Shown here in pieces: positions 16,710 to 24,593 of a stretch of DNA of 32,000 nucleotides. A program made the position numbers and the translations under genes. Origin of the DNA: an uncultured Actinomycetota bacterium. GTDB taxonomy: Bacteria; Actinomycetota; Actinomycetes; Actinomycetales; Kineosporiaceae. Every line of letters begins with the position of its first letter. Positions within the stretch are counted from its first letter, which is position 1. The stretch is from contig CAWBAJ010000022.1 of the NCBI GenBank assembly GCA_963786765.1, forward strand, positions 42,297 through 74,296, in the 5' to 3' direction. The notes under the pieces were generated by a model. That model searched no databases, was not told where the DNA came from, and saw nothing but the letters and a program-made list of their open reading frames with translations.

Positions 16710-17747
16710 TTAAAGACGCACGAGGGCGACACCTCGCTCCGTAAGGTGGTAACACACGCTCCCCCGTACCCGGTGATTGTTCACGGTGCCGGCGCGTGCG
16801 AGCGCGCCGAGGTGGTAGGAGATGGTGCTCGGTGCATAGCCCAACTCCGCGGCGAGGTCGGACGTCGTCCCCGGAAGCGTTTTTAGGGCGCGGAGGATTC
16901 GGCCTCGCGCCTGCCCCAGCAGCAGCTCGAGGTGATCCCCACGGCGGTGAGGCTGACCAACCCCGATCTTCAATGAACCGGTTGCCACCCCGATGGCGGC
17001 GTGGGTTTCGCCGGTGAAGGAGTTATAGCCCATGTCGCTCGAGCGCGTCCTGGGCGAGCAAATCATTGGTTTGAGGATGAGCGTATCCGGCGACCAGTCC
17101 AGCTGTACGCCGACCTTACTCGCGTCGTAGGTCAGCCGTCCGTTCGCGAAGCTGATGTTGGGGTGAACCTGGCCGAGGCTGATCTCCGGCCCCCATTTCG
17201 CGGTTGCCTCCTGCAACCTGTGCGTCTCGCGACGCAGAACGCTCTCAAACCTAGGGTATAGGGTGTCGACGACCGTGGCCCGGTACTGCTGGAGGAGAAA
17301 ACAGTACCGACTCAAATTGCGGCGCGGGTTCTCACGCCAACCATTCCAGTACCGTCGGCCGTTCGACGCGCCTGCCGCTGCCTCAGTGCCGCTCCAGGCC
17401 GCGGGCAGGCTAACGGACAGGAAGTCCTCGTCGCGTGCCAGATCCCGAAGGACGACGTCGTCGGGGGTCTCGCGGAGTTCCTCGAGCTGCTGTTCGAAGG
17501 GACGGGAGGGCGCCGTGGACCGGCTGAGGAAGTCGGGGCAGTAGCACTCGAAGGCCGTGTGCGGGGCCAAGAGCTCGTCCATCGGAAGGCCCCGTGCGAG
17601 AACTCGAGCACGTGCGATCACGGAGGGCGGTAGCCGGGCTTGCAGTGGTCCGAACATCTCGAGGAGGCTGGTGAAGACCGTCAACCTGGGGTCGGCCTGG
17701 ATGTCGATGAGCGGTACATCGACGACAGCCGTCCACAAGGGCTTCAC
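16710..17747 (-). CDS. DUF5937-type N-terminal domain fused to ArsR-family winged-HTH transcriptional regulator
   Basis: The C-terminus reads LLLGQARGRILRALKTLPGTTSDLAAELGYAPSTISYHLGALARAGTVNNHRVRGSVCYHLTERG (ArsR wHTH). The upstream part (..YCPDFLSRSTAPSRPFEQQLEELRETPDDVVLRDL..) matches my memory of the DUF5937 family. The first ~130 codons of the ORF-track entry are an Arg/Gly-rich shadow frame. The likely start is GTG 17747..17745 (GTGA overlap with an upstream open frame) or TTG 17738. Confidence 0.75.
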   Translation of the reverse strand: MKPLWTAVVDVPLIDIQADPRLTVFTSLLEMFGPLQARLPPSVIARARVLARGLPMDELLAPHTAFECYCPDFLSRSTAPSRPFEQQLEELRETPDDVVLRDLARDEDFLSVSLPAAWSGTEAAAGASNGRRYWNGWRENPRRNLSRYCFLLQQYRATVVDTLYPRFESVLRRETHRLQEATAKWGPEISLGQVHPNISFANGRLTYDASKVGVQLDWSPDTLILKPMICSPRTRSSDMGYNSFTGETHAAIGVATGSLKIGVGQPHRRGDHLELLLGQARGRILRALKTLPGTTSDLAAELGYAPSTISYHLGALARAGTVNNHRVRGSVCYHLTERGVALVRL

Positions 17748-18200
17748 CCCACCAGGTTTGTCGCCGCTTCCAGGTGTGGCAAGCCGCAGTCCACCGCGTT
17801 CGAGCCTTCTCGAATCCAAGGGCTGCCGATGGCCCCGCTCGTCAAGCTCAGCCCACCGAGGGCGACGGCCGCAGCGACGCTCATGGCTGCGACGCAAACC
17901 AGGGCCCGAAGCCGGGCAACGGTCTCGTCCGAGACGTCCGCGTCCTCGAGGACGTCGACCGGCAACCCGCGCTCGACGGCGGCCGCCGCGGCCCAGGTCA
18001 GCAGGGCGGTGCGCCCGGAGCCCGGCCGACGCCGGGCGACAACCTCGCCGGCGCCGCTCCCAGCCTTCGACGGCCCCGACGGGTTCGTCGGCAGGCCGTA
18101 GCCCTGCTCTGCCAGACCTGCTTGGCGTCTCAGGCACCATCCAAGCCCAGCACGGGTGTCGCCTCCAGCTTCACGAGCAGGCACATCACCAGCAGAAGGA

Positions 18201-18398
18201 TCACGCTCCACAGCGGCATCCGCCGGTTGGACATGCGCGACGACTCCGGCGTCGAGCTGACCGCGGATCTGCGACCTCGAACCAGTCACGATTCCTCGTG
18301 GTTCGCGCGGCTCGGGCGACAGCGTTGCGAATGGCGCCGTCCACACCCTTCCGGGAGGAACCGACTACCTCGACGACCCTGTAGACGTGTTTCGACAT
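18201..18398 (-). pseudogene. Dodecin family protein, apparently frameshifted
   Basis: ATG 18398. The first 42 aa (MSKHVYRVVEVVGSSRKGVDGAIRNAVARAARTTRNRDWFEV) match the dodecin fold sequence. Near nt 18268-18273 similarity jumps to another frame (QIRGQLDAGVVAHVQ, cf. mycobacterial ..SIRGHLVDGAVAHFQ). The in-frame tail (ADPRSARRRSRRACPTGGCRCGA*) is Arg-rich nonsense. The final VTMKVGFRLE-type strand was not found in any frame. Confidence 0.6.
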
Positions 18399-18479
18399 GG
18401 CCACCGGGTGAGCGATCCGTCCCGCCACTGACTGCCCGGCCGCCTTCCAGGCGGACGGTGCGACAACTACCGTCGGGGG

Positions 18480-19598
18480 ATGACTCGCGAGACACCGCCG
18501 TTTCGTGCCGACCACGTGGGCAGCCTGCTTCGACCCACCGCGCTGCTCGAGGCACGAGCGAGGCACGCCGCCGGCGAGATCGATGCCGACAAGCTGCGGA
18601 CCGCCGAGGACGCCGCTGTCCGGCAGGTCGTCCGCATGCAGGAGGACGTGGGGCTGCAGACGGCTACCGACGGCGAGTTCCGTCGGACGTCGTGGCACAT
18701 GGACTTCATCTACCAACTCGGCGGAGTGACGCGCACGGACGAGAAGCTGACGGTCCACTTTCGCAACGCGCAGGGCGAGCTGGACTTCGAGTCCGCGGCC
18801 TTGAAGGTCCACGACCGGGTCACACTGACCGACACGATCTTCGGCGATGCCTTCCGCTTCCTGCGCGAGACCGCCTCACCCTCCCAGACGCCGAAGCTGA
18901 CCATCCCGTCCCCGAGCATGGTGCACTACCGCGGTGGTCGGGCGGCGATCGACGAGGACGTGTACCCCGAGCTCGATGCCTTCTGGTCCGACCTCACCAG
19001 TGCCTATGCGGACGAGGTACGCCGGCTCGGAGAGCTCGGCTGCACCTACCTGCAGCTCGACGACACCAGCCTCGCCTATCTCAACGATCCGCAGCAGCGC
19101 GCCATGCTCGCGGAGCAGGGCGCCGACTCCGAGCACCAGCACGAGACGTACATCCGCAATATCAACGCCGCGCTGCGCGACCGCCCGGACGGCATGAACG
19201 TCACCACGCACATGTGCCGTGGCAACTACCGGTCGTCCTGGGCCGCGGAGGGGAGCTACGACTTCGTGGCCGAGGCGCTGTTCTCCCAGCTCGAGGTGGA
19301 CGGATTCTTCCTCGAGTACGACGACGACCGTTCCGGCGGCTTCGAGCCGCTGCGGTTCGTCCCCCCGGGCAAGCAGGTCGTGCTCGGCCTCGTCACGACG
19401 AAGCGCGGTGCCCTGGAGGACAAGGACCAGCTCAAGCGGCGGATCGACGAGGCAGCCAAACACGTGCCGCTCGACCAGCTCTGCCTCTCACCGCAGTGCG
19501 GCTTCTCCTCGACGGTCGAGGGCAACGTGATCACCTATGAGGAGGAGGTCGCCAAGCTCCGCCTGATCGTGGAGACAGCCCAGGAGGTGTGGGGCTGA
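18480..19598 (+). CDS. Cobalamin-independent methionine synthase-like protein (MetE C-terminal/Meth_synt_2 domain, stand-alone)
   Basis: 372 aa. The N-terminus (PPFRADHVGSLLRPTALLEARARHAAGEID..LRTAEDAAVRQVVRMQEDVGLQTATDGEFRR) and the C-terminal ..LCLSPQCGFSS.. Zn/Cys motif are typical of this family. Confidence 0.85.
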   Translation: MTRETPPFRADHVGSLLRPTALLEARARHAAGEIDADKLRTAEDAAVRQVVRMQEDVGLQTATDGEFRRTSWHMDFIYQLGGVTRTDEKLTVHFRNAQGELDFESAALKVHDRVTLTDTIFGDAFRFLRETASPSQTPKLTIPSPSMVHYRGGRAAIDEDVYPELDAFWSDLTSAYADEVRRLGELGCTYLQLDDTSLAYLNDPQQRAMLAEQGADSEHQHETYIRNINAALRDRPDGMNVTTHMCRGNYRSSWAAEGSYDFVAEALFSQLEVDGFFLEYDDDRSGGFEPLRFVPPGKQVVLGLVTTKRGALEDKDQLKRRIDEAAKHVPLDQLCLSPQCGFSSTVEGNVITYEEEVAKLRLIVETAQEVWG

Positions 19599-19600
19599 CG

Positions 19601-21061
19601 TCACATCGGGTACTGCGGCAGCGTTCCCCGGACGGTGACCCACTGTGTGTCGGTGAACGCCTCGAGGTTGGCCGTCGCACCACCCTGTCGTGACCCGGTG
19701 CCCGAGTCGTTCACGCCGCCGAAGGGGATGTTCGCTTCGTCGTTGATGGTCTGGTCGTTGATGTGTACCAGACCGCTGGGGATCCGCTCGGCGATCTCGA
19801 GGCCGCGCATCACGTCCCGGGTGAGGATGCCCAACGACAGCCCGTAAGGCGTGTCGGCCGCCAGCCGTACCACCTCGTCCACACTGTCGAACCGGACCAC
19901 GGGGGCCACAGGCCCGAACACCTCTTGGCTGTAGGCCGGCGCTGTGGTCGGTACGTCCGCCAGCACGGTGGGGCGGTAGAACAGGTCCTCGTAGGTGCCC
20001 CCGGCGGCCAGTCGCGCGCCGGCGTCGACCGACTCGGTGACCAGCGCGTGAATGCGGTCGCGCTGGCCGACGTCGATGACGGGCCCCAGGGCCACCTGCC
20101 CGGACACCGGGTCGCCGACGGGGAGGTGGTCGGCCCGGGCGGCCAGCGCCGCGATGTAGTCGTCGGCGACGCCGGACTGCACGAGGTGCCGCCCGGCCGC
20201 CATGCACACCTGGCCCTGGTGCGCGAAGGAGCCCCAGGAACCAACGGACGAGGCCGCCTCGACGTCGACGTCGTCCAGCACGAGCAGCGCCGAGTTCCCG
20301 CCGAGCTCGAGGTGCACGCGCTTGAGGTGCTGCGCTGCCAGCGCCGCGACGGCTCGGCCCACGCGGGTGGACCCCGTGAAGGCGATCACCCGCACAGCGG
20401 GCTCGGTCACGAGCGCCTCGCCCACCTCGGCTCCGCCGGGCAGGACGTGGAGCAGACCGTCCGGCAGGCCCGCGGCGGCGAAGATCTCAGCCAGAACCGC
20501 TCCGCCGCTGACCGCCGTCCTGGGGTCGGGCTTGAGCAGCACGGCGTTCCCCAGCGCCAAGGCGGGTGCCACCGCGCGGACGGAGAGGATCGTGGGCACG
20601 TTGAACGGAGCGATCACGCCGACGACCCCCACGGGAAGGCGGCGGGCGAGGCTGAGCCGAGGCATCGAGGACCTCAGGAGCTGTCCGTACGGCGCCGACG
20701 CGAGAGCCGCTGCCTCGTAGCACTCCTCGGCGGAGGTCATGATCTGGAACCCGGCGAAAGGCCCGATGGCCCCGCTCTCGCGCATCAGCCAACCGGTGAT
20801 CTCCTCGGCGTTCGCGTGCCAGAGGTCGCCGGCACGGCGCAGCACCGCCGACCTCTCGGTGTACGGCACGGCCGCCCAGTTCCGCTGCGCGTCCGCCGCA
20901 ACCGTCGCGGCCTTGTGTACGTCGGCCTGTGTGGCGGCGCCCATCGTCGCAAGCTGTTCGCCGGTGGCCGGTGACACCACCGGATAGGGCTCCCCCGAGC
21001 CGTCGTTCCAACCGGTGGAGTAGATCTTGCCCTGCCAGGCACGTCCTTCGAGGAGTGGCAT
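19601..21061 (-). CDS. NAD(P)+-dependent aldehyde dehydrogenase, probably (hydroxy)benzaldehyde dehydrogenase
   Basis: 486 aa with ALDH signatures (..VHLELGGNSALLV.., catalytic Cys in FAHQGQVCMAAGRHLV, FTGSTRVG). The N-terminus (WQGKIYSTGW..) resembles the benzaldehyde/vanillin dehydrogenase subgroup. It lies directly downstream of pobA on the same strand. Substrate is inferred from context. Confidence 0.85.
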   Translation of the reverse strand: MPLLEGRAWQGKIYSTGWNDGSGEPYPVVSPATGEQLATMGAATQADVHKAATVAADAQRNWAAVPYTERSAVLRRAGDLWHANAEEITGWLMRESGAIGPFAGFQIMTSAEECYEAAALASAPYGQLLRSSMPRLSLARRLPVGVVGVIAPFNVPTILSVRAVAPALALGNAVLLKPDPRTAVSGGAVLAEIFAAAGLPDGLLHVLPGGAEVGEALVTEPAVRVIAFTGSTRVGRAVAALAAQHLKRVHLELGGNSALLVLDDVDVEAASSVGSWGSFAHQGQVCMAAGRHLVQSGVADDYIAALAARADHLPVGDPVSGQVALGPVIDVGQRDRIHALVTESVDAGARLAAGGTYEDLFYRPTVLADVPTTAPAYSQEVFGPVAPVVRFDSVDEVVRLAADTPYGLSLGILTRDVMRGLEIAERIPSGLVHINDQTINDEANIPFGGVNDSGTGSRQGGATANLEAFTDTQWVTVRGTLPQYPM

Positions 21062-21148
21062 GGTCGTCAGTCAACCTTTCACGCGACGGCCCGTCCAGAG
21101 CGTGAACCGCAGGGGTACGACCAGCGACTACGTGCTCGCGGTCTCGGT

Positions 21149-22327
21149 TCAGTAGCCGATCGGGAGCCCGGCGTAGTTCTCGGCCAGCCCCGTCGCAGCG
21201 GCATGGCTCGTCGCCACCCACCGCAGCTGGGACAGCTGCAGCTGTGCGTCGAAGGGGTCGGCGCTGGTGTGCAGTATCGTCGTCATCCACCATGAGAAGT
21301 GGGTACAGCGCCAGACGCGGCGCAGAGCGGCGTCGGAGTAGGCGTCCACGAGTGTCGGGTCGTTCTTGCCGAGCCATCCCGCGAGGGCCGGCGCGAGCAG
21401 GGCGACGTCGGCGACGGCGAGGTTGAGGCCCTTCGCACCCGTCGGCGGCACGATGTGCGCGGCATCCCCGGCGAGGAACAGGCGGCCGTGCCGCATCGGC
21501 GCGTGCACGTAGCTCCGCATCGGCAGCACGCTTTTCTCCGCGATCGACCCTGACTGCAACTGCCATCCATCGATGCCGGCACCCAGCCGATCCGCAAGGG
21601 CGGCCCAGATCCGGTCGTCCGACCAGTCGTCGATCTCGGTGTCCGGCGGCACCTGTAGGTACAGCCGGCTCACGGTCGCCGACCGCATCGAGTGCAGGGC
21701 GAAGCCGCTCGGGTGCCAGGCGTAGATGAGTTCGTCGGTGGACGGCGGGACGTCGGCGAGCACTCCCAGCCAGGCGTAGGGGTACGTGCGTTCCCAGACC
21801 TGGCGGGCGGCGGACGGAACGGCGGCCCGGCTCGGCCCGAACGACCCGTCGCACCCTACGACCACGTCGGCCTCGAGCCGCTCGGAGCCACCGCCGCCGG
21901 GCAAGGTGTAGGTGACGAAGGGGTGGTCAGTGGTCAGGTCGTGCAGCCGAGTCTCGCTGACCTCGTATCTGAACTGCTGGCCGGCCGCGTGGCGGACCCG
22001 GCCCAGGTCCTTGGTCACCTCGGTCTGGCCGTAGACCCACACGCTGCGGCCCACGAGGTCGACGAAGTCGACGTGGTGCCGCTCGCCCGGGGTCTGCAGG
22101 TAGATACCGCGGTGCTCGAACCCCTCCCTGTGCAGTCGCTCCCCCACGCCGACCTCGTCGAGCAGACCCACAGTGGAGCTCTCGAGGATGCCGGCCCGGA
22201 TCCGCGCCTCGACGTAGGCACGCGATCGGGCCTCGACGACGACCGATGCGATGCCCTCCTGGTCGAGCAGATGGGAGAGCAGCAGGCCGGCCGGCCCGGC
22301 CCCGATGATGGCGACCTGGGTGCGCAT
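21149..22327 (-). CDS. pobA: 4-hydroxybenzoate 3-monooxygenase
   Basis: Similar along its whole length to Pseudomonas PobA as I recall it: MRTQVAIIGAGPAGLLLSHLL.., ..VYGQTEVTKDL.., ..RLFLAGDAAHIVPPTGAKGLNLA.., ..HFSWWMTTILH... I chose ATG 22327..22325; the ORF-track TTG at 22339 adds 4 codons. Confidence 0.93.
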   Translation of the reverse strand: MRTQVAIIGAGPAGLLLSHLLDQEGIASVVVEARSRAYVEARIRAGILESSTVGLLDEVGVGERLHREGFEHRGIYLQTPGERHHVDFVDLVGRSVWVYGQTEVTKDLGRVRHAAGQQFRYEVSETRLHDLTTDHPFVTYTLPGGGGSERLEADVVVGCDGSFGPSRAAVPSAARQVWERTYPYAWLGVLADVPPSTDELIYAWHPSGFALHSMRSATVSRLYLQVPPDTEIDDWSDDRIWAALADRLGAGIDGWQLQSGSIAEKSVLPMRSYVHAPMRHGRLFLAGDAAHIVPPTGAKGLNLAVADVALLAPALAGWLGKNDPTLVDAYSDAALRRVWRCTHFSWWMTTILHTSADPFDAQLQLSQLRWVATSHAAATGLAENYAGLPIGY

Positions 22328-22335
22328 GGGACGAG

Positions 22336-23138
22336 TCAACGGGCGACGTCGTCGACGCGACCACTCTCGCCTTCCATCCAGCGGAAGTCGGTCCCGTCGA
22401 CGGATCGTGCAATGCCGCGTGCGGCCACCTGGAGCGCCGAGACGAGCCGCGGGCGGTTCCGGCCCAGGCTCGGGACGACGATCCCGAGGGCTGCGACGAC
22501 TCCGGACGGCGTCAGGACCGGCACCGCGACCGAGCAGGCACCGAGACTCATCTCCTCGATCGTCTGCGCCTAGCCGTCCCGGCGCACGCGGCGCAGCTGC
22601 TCCGCGAGCAGGCCGGGCGAGGTGATCGTGTACGGGTGATGCGCGAGAGGTCGCCGAGGACGCGCTCCTGCAGATTGGCGGGAGCGTACGCGAGCAGCAC
22701 CTTGCCCACGCCGGTCGAGTGCAGGGGGAGACGCTCGCCCACCTGGCTCACCACGGGCACCGACGCCGACCCCGACAGCCGGTCCACGTAGAGCACCCGG
22801 GTGCCGTCGCGCACCGCGAGGTGCACCGTGGCCAGCGTGGCCCCGTAGAGGTCGTGCAGGAAGGGCGAGGCGAGCTGGCGGAGCCCGGACTGCACCGGCG
22901 CGAGGAGGCCGATGTCCCACATCCGGCCCCCCACGACGTAGCGGCCGTCGGACTGGCGGGCGAGGAAGCCTGCGGCGACCACCTCGGCCACGAGCCGGTG
23001 CGTGGTCGGCGCCGGCAGCCCCGCCCGGCGAGCGAGCTCGCTCAGCGCCAGCGCCCGGTGCCCCTCGTCGAAGGCGGACAGCAGCGCCAGCACGCGCGAA
23101 GCGACCGTCGTCCGCGCCTGCCCGGTGTTGCCCGCCAC
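22336..23138 (-). pseudogene. IclR-family regulator (PcaR/PobR-like) disrupted by one frameshift and one in-frame TAG
   Basis: GTG 23138. The N-terminal wHTH (VLALLSAFDEGHRALALSELARRAGLPAPTTHRLV) and effector domain read cleanly to ..VLGDLSRI. Similarity then continues in another frame (HPYTITSPGLLAEQLRRVRRDG) after a 1-nt indel near 22636-22645. It hits TAG (plus-strand cta 22570-22572) where Tyr is expected (RDG-Y-AQTIEE). It then continues in-frame as AQTIEEMSLGACSVAVPVLTPSGVVAALGIVVP... to TGA 22336-22338. Confidence 0.8.
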
Positions 23139-23147
23139 GCCATCGTC

Positions 23148-23164
23148 CTTCCGCTCAACGGAAG
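23148..23164. promoter_or_regulatory. Perfect 6-5-6 inverted repeat CTTCCG-CTCAA-CGGAAG in the iclR/pcaH divergent intergenic region (candidate operator)
   Basis: Read directly from the sequence. It lies 10 nt from the iclR GTG and ~45 nt upstream of the pcaH ATG. The operator role is inferred. Confidence 0.35.
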
Positions 23165-23208
23165 ATCAGCCTCCCACCGTCCCCGCCCTCGTGACTACGG
23201 TCGGCGTC

Positions 23209-24030
23209 ATGACCCTGACTGCCGGGCACAGCGAGCGGCACGAGGCAGCGCCGACGTCCTCGGACGCCGCTTCGACGACGCAGGCGGAGATCAGCGACGA
23301 GATCTCGAGGCTGCGGGCCGACTACGAGCGAGAGCGGCGGAGCGACGGCGAGCGGACCCGGCCGCTGCTGGACTACCCGCCCTACCGAAGCAGCATGCTG
23401 CGCCACCCCACCAAGGCGCTGCAGCATGCCGACCCCGAAGGGGTCGAGCTCTTCGCGCCCGTCTTCGGCCAGCGGGACGTCGACCCACTCGAGGCCGACC
23501 TCACGATCCAGCACGGTGGCACGCCGGTCGGCGAGCGGCTGGTCGTCACCGGGAAGGTCATGGACGCCGACGGACGATCGGTCCGCCATCAACTCGTCGA
23601 GATCTGGCAGGCGAACCCGGCGGGCCGCTACATCCACAAGCGTGACCAGCACCCGGCGCCGATCGACCCCAACTTCACCGGCGTCGGGCGCTGCCTGACC
23701 GACGCCGACGGCGTCTACCGGTTCACCACGATCAAGCCGGGACCGTACCCGTGGCGCAACCACCGCAATGCCTGGCGGCCGGCGCACATCCACTTCTCGC
23801 TGTTCGGCACCGACTTCACCCAGCGGTTGATCACCCAGATGTACTTTCCCGGGGATCCGCTGTTCGACCTCGACCCCATCTATCAATCGATCCCCGACCA
23901 GTCCGCCCGGGACCGCCTCGTCGCCCGTTACGACCACGACGTGACCCAGCACGAATGGTGCACCGGCTATCGCTGGGACATCGTGCTGACCGGTAGCTCC
24001 CGGACACCCATGGAGCAGGAGCAGGTGTGA
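23209..24030 (+). CDS. pcaH: Protocatechuate 3,4-dioxygenase beta subunit
   Basis: Contains ..YRSSMLRHPTKAL.., ..VEIWQANPAGRYIHKRDQH..PIDPNFTGVGRCLTDADGVYRFTTIKPGPYPW..NAWRPAHIHFSLFG..FTQRLITQMYFPGDP... Start is ATG 23209 (alternative GTG 23191). The ORF-track start at 23002 lies antisense inside the iclR gene. Confidence 0.92.
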   Translation: MTLTAGHSERHEAAPTSSDAASTTQAEISDEISRLRADYERERRSDGERTRPLLDYPPYRSSMLRHPTKALQHADPEGVELFAPVFGQRDVDPLEADLTIQHGGTPVGERLVVTGKVMDADGRSVRHQLVEIWQANPAGRYIHKRDQHPAPIDPNFTGVGRCLTDADGVYRFTTIKPGPYPWRNHRNAWRPAHIHFSLFGTDFTQRLITQMYFPGDPLFDLDPIYQSIPDQSARDRLVARYDHDVTQHEWCTGYRWDIVLTGSSRTPMEQEQV

Positions 24031-24593
24031 ACGCCCTCGTCCCGACGCCGGGGCAGACCGTCGGCCCGTTCTTCGGCTACGCCCTCCCCTACCCCGGCGA
24101 CGCCGCACTCGTCCCACCAGGAACGCCAGGTGCGATCCAGCTGCGTGGGCGTGTGCTCGACGGGCGCGGGCAGCCGGTCCCCGACGCACTGCTCGAGCTG
24201 TGGCAGGCCGGCCCCGACGGCTCCGTCGTCCGGCATCCCGGCTCGCTGCGCCGCGACGGGTGGACCTTCACCGGCTGGGGCCGCGCGAGCACGGACAACG
24301 AGGGAAGGTATTCGTTCAGCACTCTCGCACCGGGAACGGTCCCCGGATCCACCGCTCCCTTCTTCGCGCTGACGGTGTTCGCCCGCGGCCTGCTGGATCG
24401 CCTCTTCACCCGCGCCTACCTGCCCGTCGATGACGAGACCCTCGACCGGGACCCGCTGTTGTGCACCGTCCCGCGGGACCGTCGCGATTCGCTGATCGCC
24501 ACGCGCGCCGGCTCCGGGTACGTCTTCGACGTCGTCCTGCAGGGGGACGGCGAGACCGTCTTCCTCTCGTACCCTCGCCAGCCGACGCGATGA
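24027..24593 (+). CDS. pcaG: Protocatechuate 3,4-dioxygenase alpha subunit
   Basis: GTG 24027 overlaps the pcaH TGA (GTGTGA). Contains ..TPGQTVGPFF.., ..LELWQAGPDG.., ..GWGRASTDNEGRYSFSTLAPG.., ..FFALTVFARGLL..LFTRAY... Confidence 0.9.
   Translation: MNALVPTPGQTVGPFFGYALPYPGDAALVPPGTPGAIQLRGRVLDGRGQPVPDALLELWQAGPDGSVVRHPGSLRRDGWTFTGWGRASTDNEGRYSFSTLAPGTVPGSTAPFFALTVFARGLLDRLFTRAYLPVDDETLDRDPLLCTVPRDRRDSLIATRAGSGYVFDVVLQGDGETVFLSYPRQPTR

Noticed and set aside
17774-19540. 588-aa plus-strand ORF spanning the dodecin region and the MetE-like gene
   Set aside because: It is an off-frame Arg/Pro-rich translation. The region is explained by the MetE-like CDS (18480..19598) and by minus-strand features.
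19596-19603. Perfect palindrome TGACGTCA (CRE-like) between the MetE-like and aldehyde dehydrogenase genes
   Set aside because: It is simply the two convergent stop codons (TGA / TCA) separated by 2 nt. There is no reason to assign a regulatory role. Similarly, the ATPase and anti-sigma genes converge with only 3 nt between their stops (4605/4609).
20487-21854. 455-aa minus-strand ORF across the aldehyde dehydrogenase/pobA junction, and similar long ORFs at 19763..20974 +, 24682..25842 + and 25825..27126 -
   Set aside because: These are shadow frames of well-supported genes, with Arg/Gly/Pro-rich translations and no domain signatures.
22570-22572. In-frame TAG in the IclR gene as programmed recoding (for example pyrrolysine or read-through)
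   Set aside because: No recoding context is recognisable, and the same gene also has a frameshift. A nonsense mutation or sequencing error is far more likely.
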